Shown here: positions 62,301 to 64,000 of the stretch, piece after piece
Numbering within the stretch: the first letter of the stretch is position 1
How the letters are laid out: each line of letters starts with the position of its first letter
NCBI GenBank assembly: GCA_020137815.1
Contig: CM035360.1
Location: 6,758,001 to 6,822,000 of the forward strand
Source of the DNA: Hormiphora californensis
Lineage: Eukaryota > Animalia > Ctenophora
Length of the DNA: 64,000 bases
Direction: 5' to 3'
Notes under the pieces: generated by a model
Database searches by the model: none
Told to the model about the DNA's origin: nothing
Seen by the model: only the letters and a program-made list of their open reading frames with translations
Made by a program: the position numbers and the translations under genes

Positions 62301-64000
62301 TTCCAGGTTTCGCGAGTACCAGACAGCCCTCTGTATGGCCTGTATGTCCCTTGGTTTTGGACCCCTCGTTGTCACAGCAACCATAGTCTCCGATTGGAAC
62401 AGATCCTACTACGCCATGGTCCTATACACTATCCTGTTCGGTCCTGCCCCTTCTCTGGGTACCAGAGTCTCCTCGGAACCAGCTGGCTGGCTGGCAGGAA
62501 GGAGAAAGCAGAGCTAGCAATAAGGAAGTTTGCTAGGTTGAATGGGGTCAAGTGGCAGGGGTTCAAGGATATGGAGAGTGAGGATCAGGAGAGGATGATG
62601 GATGGTATAGTTGGACAGTTGAGAACCCTTGTTACCCACCGGGTCCTATTAGTTGGAGACACTCGGACAGATGTTAATCTGGGTGGTGGTCTATGTCACC
62701 TTCTTTGGCCTCAACTACGCCTGGGATAAAGCTCCTACCCAGCACCTCTACAGGGTTCCTACTGGCCATGGGTGTCCAACTACTGGCCTACATCTGTCTC
62801 ATTCCTACCATGAAGAGAGTGGGAAGAAGGAAATATATGGCAGGTTCATTTCTCCTAGCTGCTCTATTCCTGGGGTGCGGTACTACCGATATAGCTCTGG
62901 GAGATGCCGGGTGGTCTGCTGCTAGTGTGGCTAGGATCCTGGCTTTATTCGCAGGTTGCGGGTGCATACAGTGGTATAATGTTGTGGAATGTTGAGCTGC
63001 CCCCTTGCACCCATACCTGGAGCGGTTCCTGGGTATGTGTTCAGCCATCTCCAAATCGTTTGGTCTGGCATGCCCCGCTTTGTTTAGCAGTCTAGCCCTG
63101 AGTTAACAGGTGGGTTCCAGGTTACATTTGGGGTTCTGGCGGGGATGTGTGCTGGAGCAGCTGCTGTCTCTCTAGCTCTATCCGAGACTATGGGCCGTGC
63201 TATTGCCGAGACACCGGAGGAGGTGAAGGCTCGGAGATTGGAGAGGAGAAAGAGAGGAGGAGTTAGAGGGAGTCACCAATGTGTAGCAGACTTGTTCTAA
63301 CCCTCCTTTACATTTGTAAAAGGGTTTCCCGTGTGGGTGAAACAGGGTCAAGCAAGGCAATTATAGCAGACAGAGCTTGGGAGACAAGACTATCAAAGAG
63401 AGAATGTGAGGACGTGAGATAAAGGACTCACATATATTTCAGACTAACAATGTTTTTTTGTTTTATAAAGTTCATTGATGATTCTAACTACGACTTTCAG
63501 TTACTTTTCCGGGGGCCAGTCTGAGAAAACTAAAAGTAATCCCAGTTCAGTGAACATTGAACATTCCACCGATTTTTGTGAACACACAAACTCATATCAG
63601 TAAAATGTTTGAGGTACCTGTTAGGAGCATGTCCATGGCTAGTTTTCTGTTGACAGCTCGACCCAGCTGGACACCAGGGGTGGAACAAAAGAGGCCAATG
63701 TTAACTCCGGGGGTAGCAAACCTAGACCTGGAAATGGAAATCTTGTTTAGCACTGAATTCGGAATTTTTAGCGCTGAATTCAAAATTTTAGCTTGAAAAT
63801 AATTTCTAAACAATAATGTTAGTCATACACCAACCTTACCTGTCTGAGCAGATGGCCATTTGGGATGCAGCGACAAGTTGGCATCCTGCTGCGGTGGCTA
63901 GACCATCCACACTGGCCAGTACTGGTACTGGGTACCTGTTCACCAACTGTAGAGGGGAGAGAGAGGGAGTGAGATACAGTGTAATGTTGGAAACAATTCC
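59380..64000 (-). CDS. ECHDC3: Enoyl-CoA hydratase domain-containing protein 3, 3' part (5' exons beyond the window end)
   Basis: [24 protein letters not shown]|[37 protein letters not shown]|[22 protein letters not shown]..|[25 protein letters not shown]. Confidence 0.93.
60405..63300 (+). CDS. SLC22/organic-cation-type MFS transporter nested antisense in an ECHDC3 intron; last exon appears frameshifted
   Basis: [11 protein letters not shown] (cf. SLC22 IVTEWDLVC); [12 protein letters not shown]; GVRFFQGMG; [11 protein letters not shown]; [10 protein letters not shown]; KRVGRR; LSETMG. Several frame changes in 62310-63180. Confidence 0.75.
60659..61544. mobile_element. Non-autonomous DNA transposon with poly-G/poly-C termini and 8-bp TSD (agacaatc)
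   Basis: agacaatc-(g)n acatgttaatt ... aattaacatgt(c)n-agacaatc. Subterminal ttaacaa/ttgttaa repeats. Confidence 0.88.

Overview
Eukaryotic (animal) genomic DNA with a compact, intron-rich layout. GA microsatellites, nested genes, a divergent intronless SIX gene and acceptors just before start codons suggest a non-bilaterian such as a ctenophore (inference only). Minus strand, in transcription order: ECHDC3 (partial), CCDC93, a PDZ-Sec7-PH ARF6 GEF (EFA6/PSD), TMEM41B, a CCCH zinc-finger gene, TRNAU1AP, CDC16, a BTBD10/KCTD20-like gene and DLAT (partial). Plus strand: an ADP/ATP carrier, a cryptic small secreted-protein gene, and three genes nested antisense in introns (a GPCR in DLAT, SIX in CCDC93, an SLC22-like transporter in ECHDC3). 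There are many non-autonomous DNA transposons: TTAA-flanked foldbacks, poly-G-ended 8-bp-TSD elements, a hAT-like element and TA MITEs. Two unusual signals stand out. (1) Most minisatellites outside transposons are tandemly amplified 3' splice sites (branch point, polypyrimidine tract, AG and the first exon bases), up to about 41 copies. In three large coding arrays only the last copy keeps the reading frame. (2) Every identified start codon has a 3' splice acceptor 1-30 nt upstream, and the minus-strand genes sit head-to-tail as little as about 160-500 bp apart, consistent with spliced-leader trans-splicing and operon-like transcription. Exon boundaries were read by eye, and several apparent frameshifts may be assembly indels.
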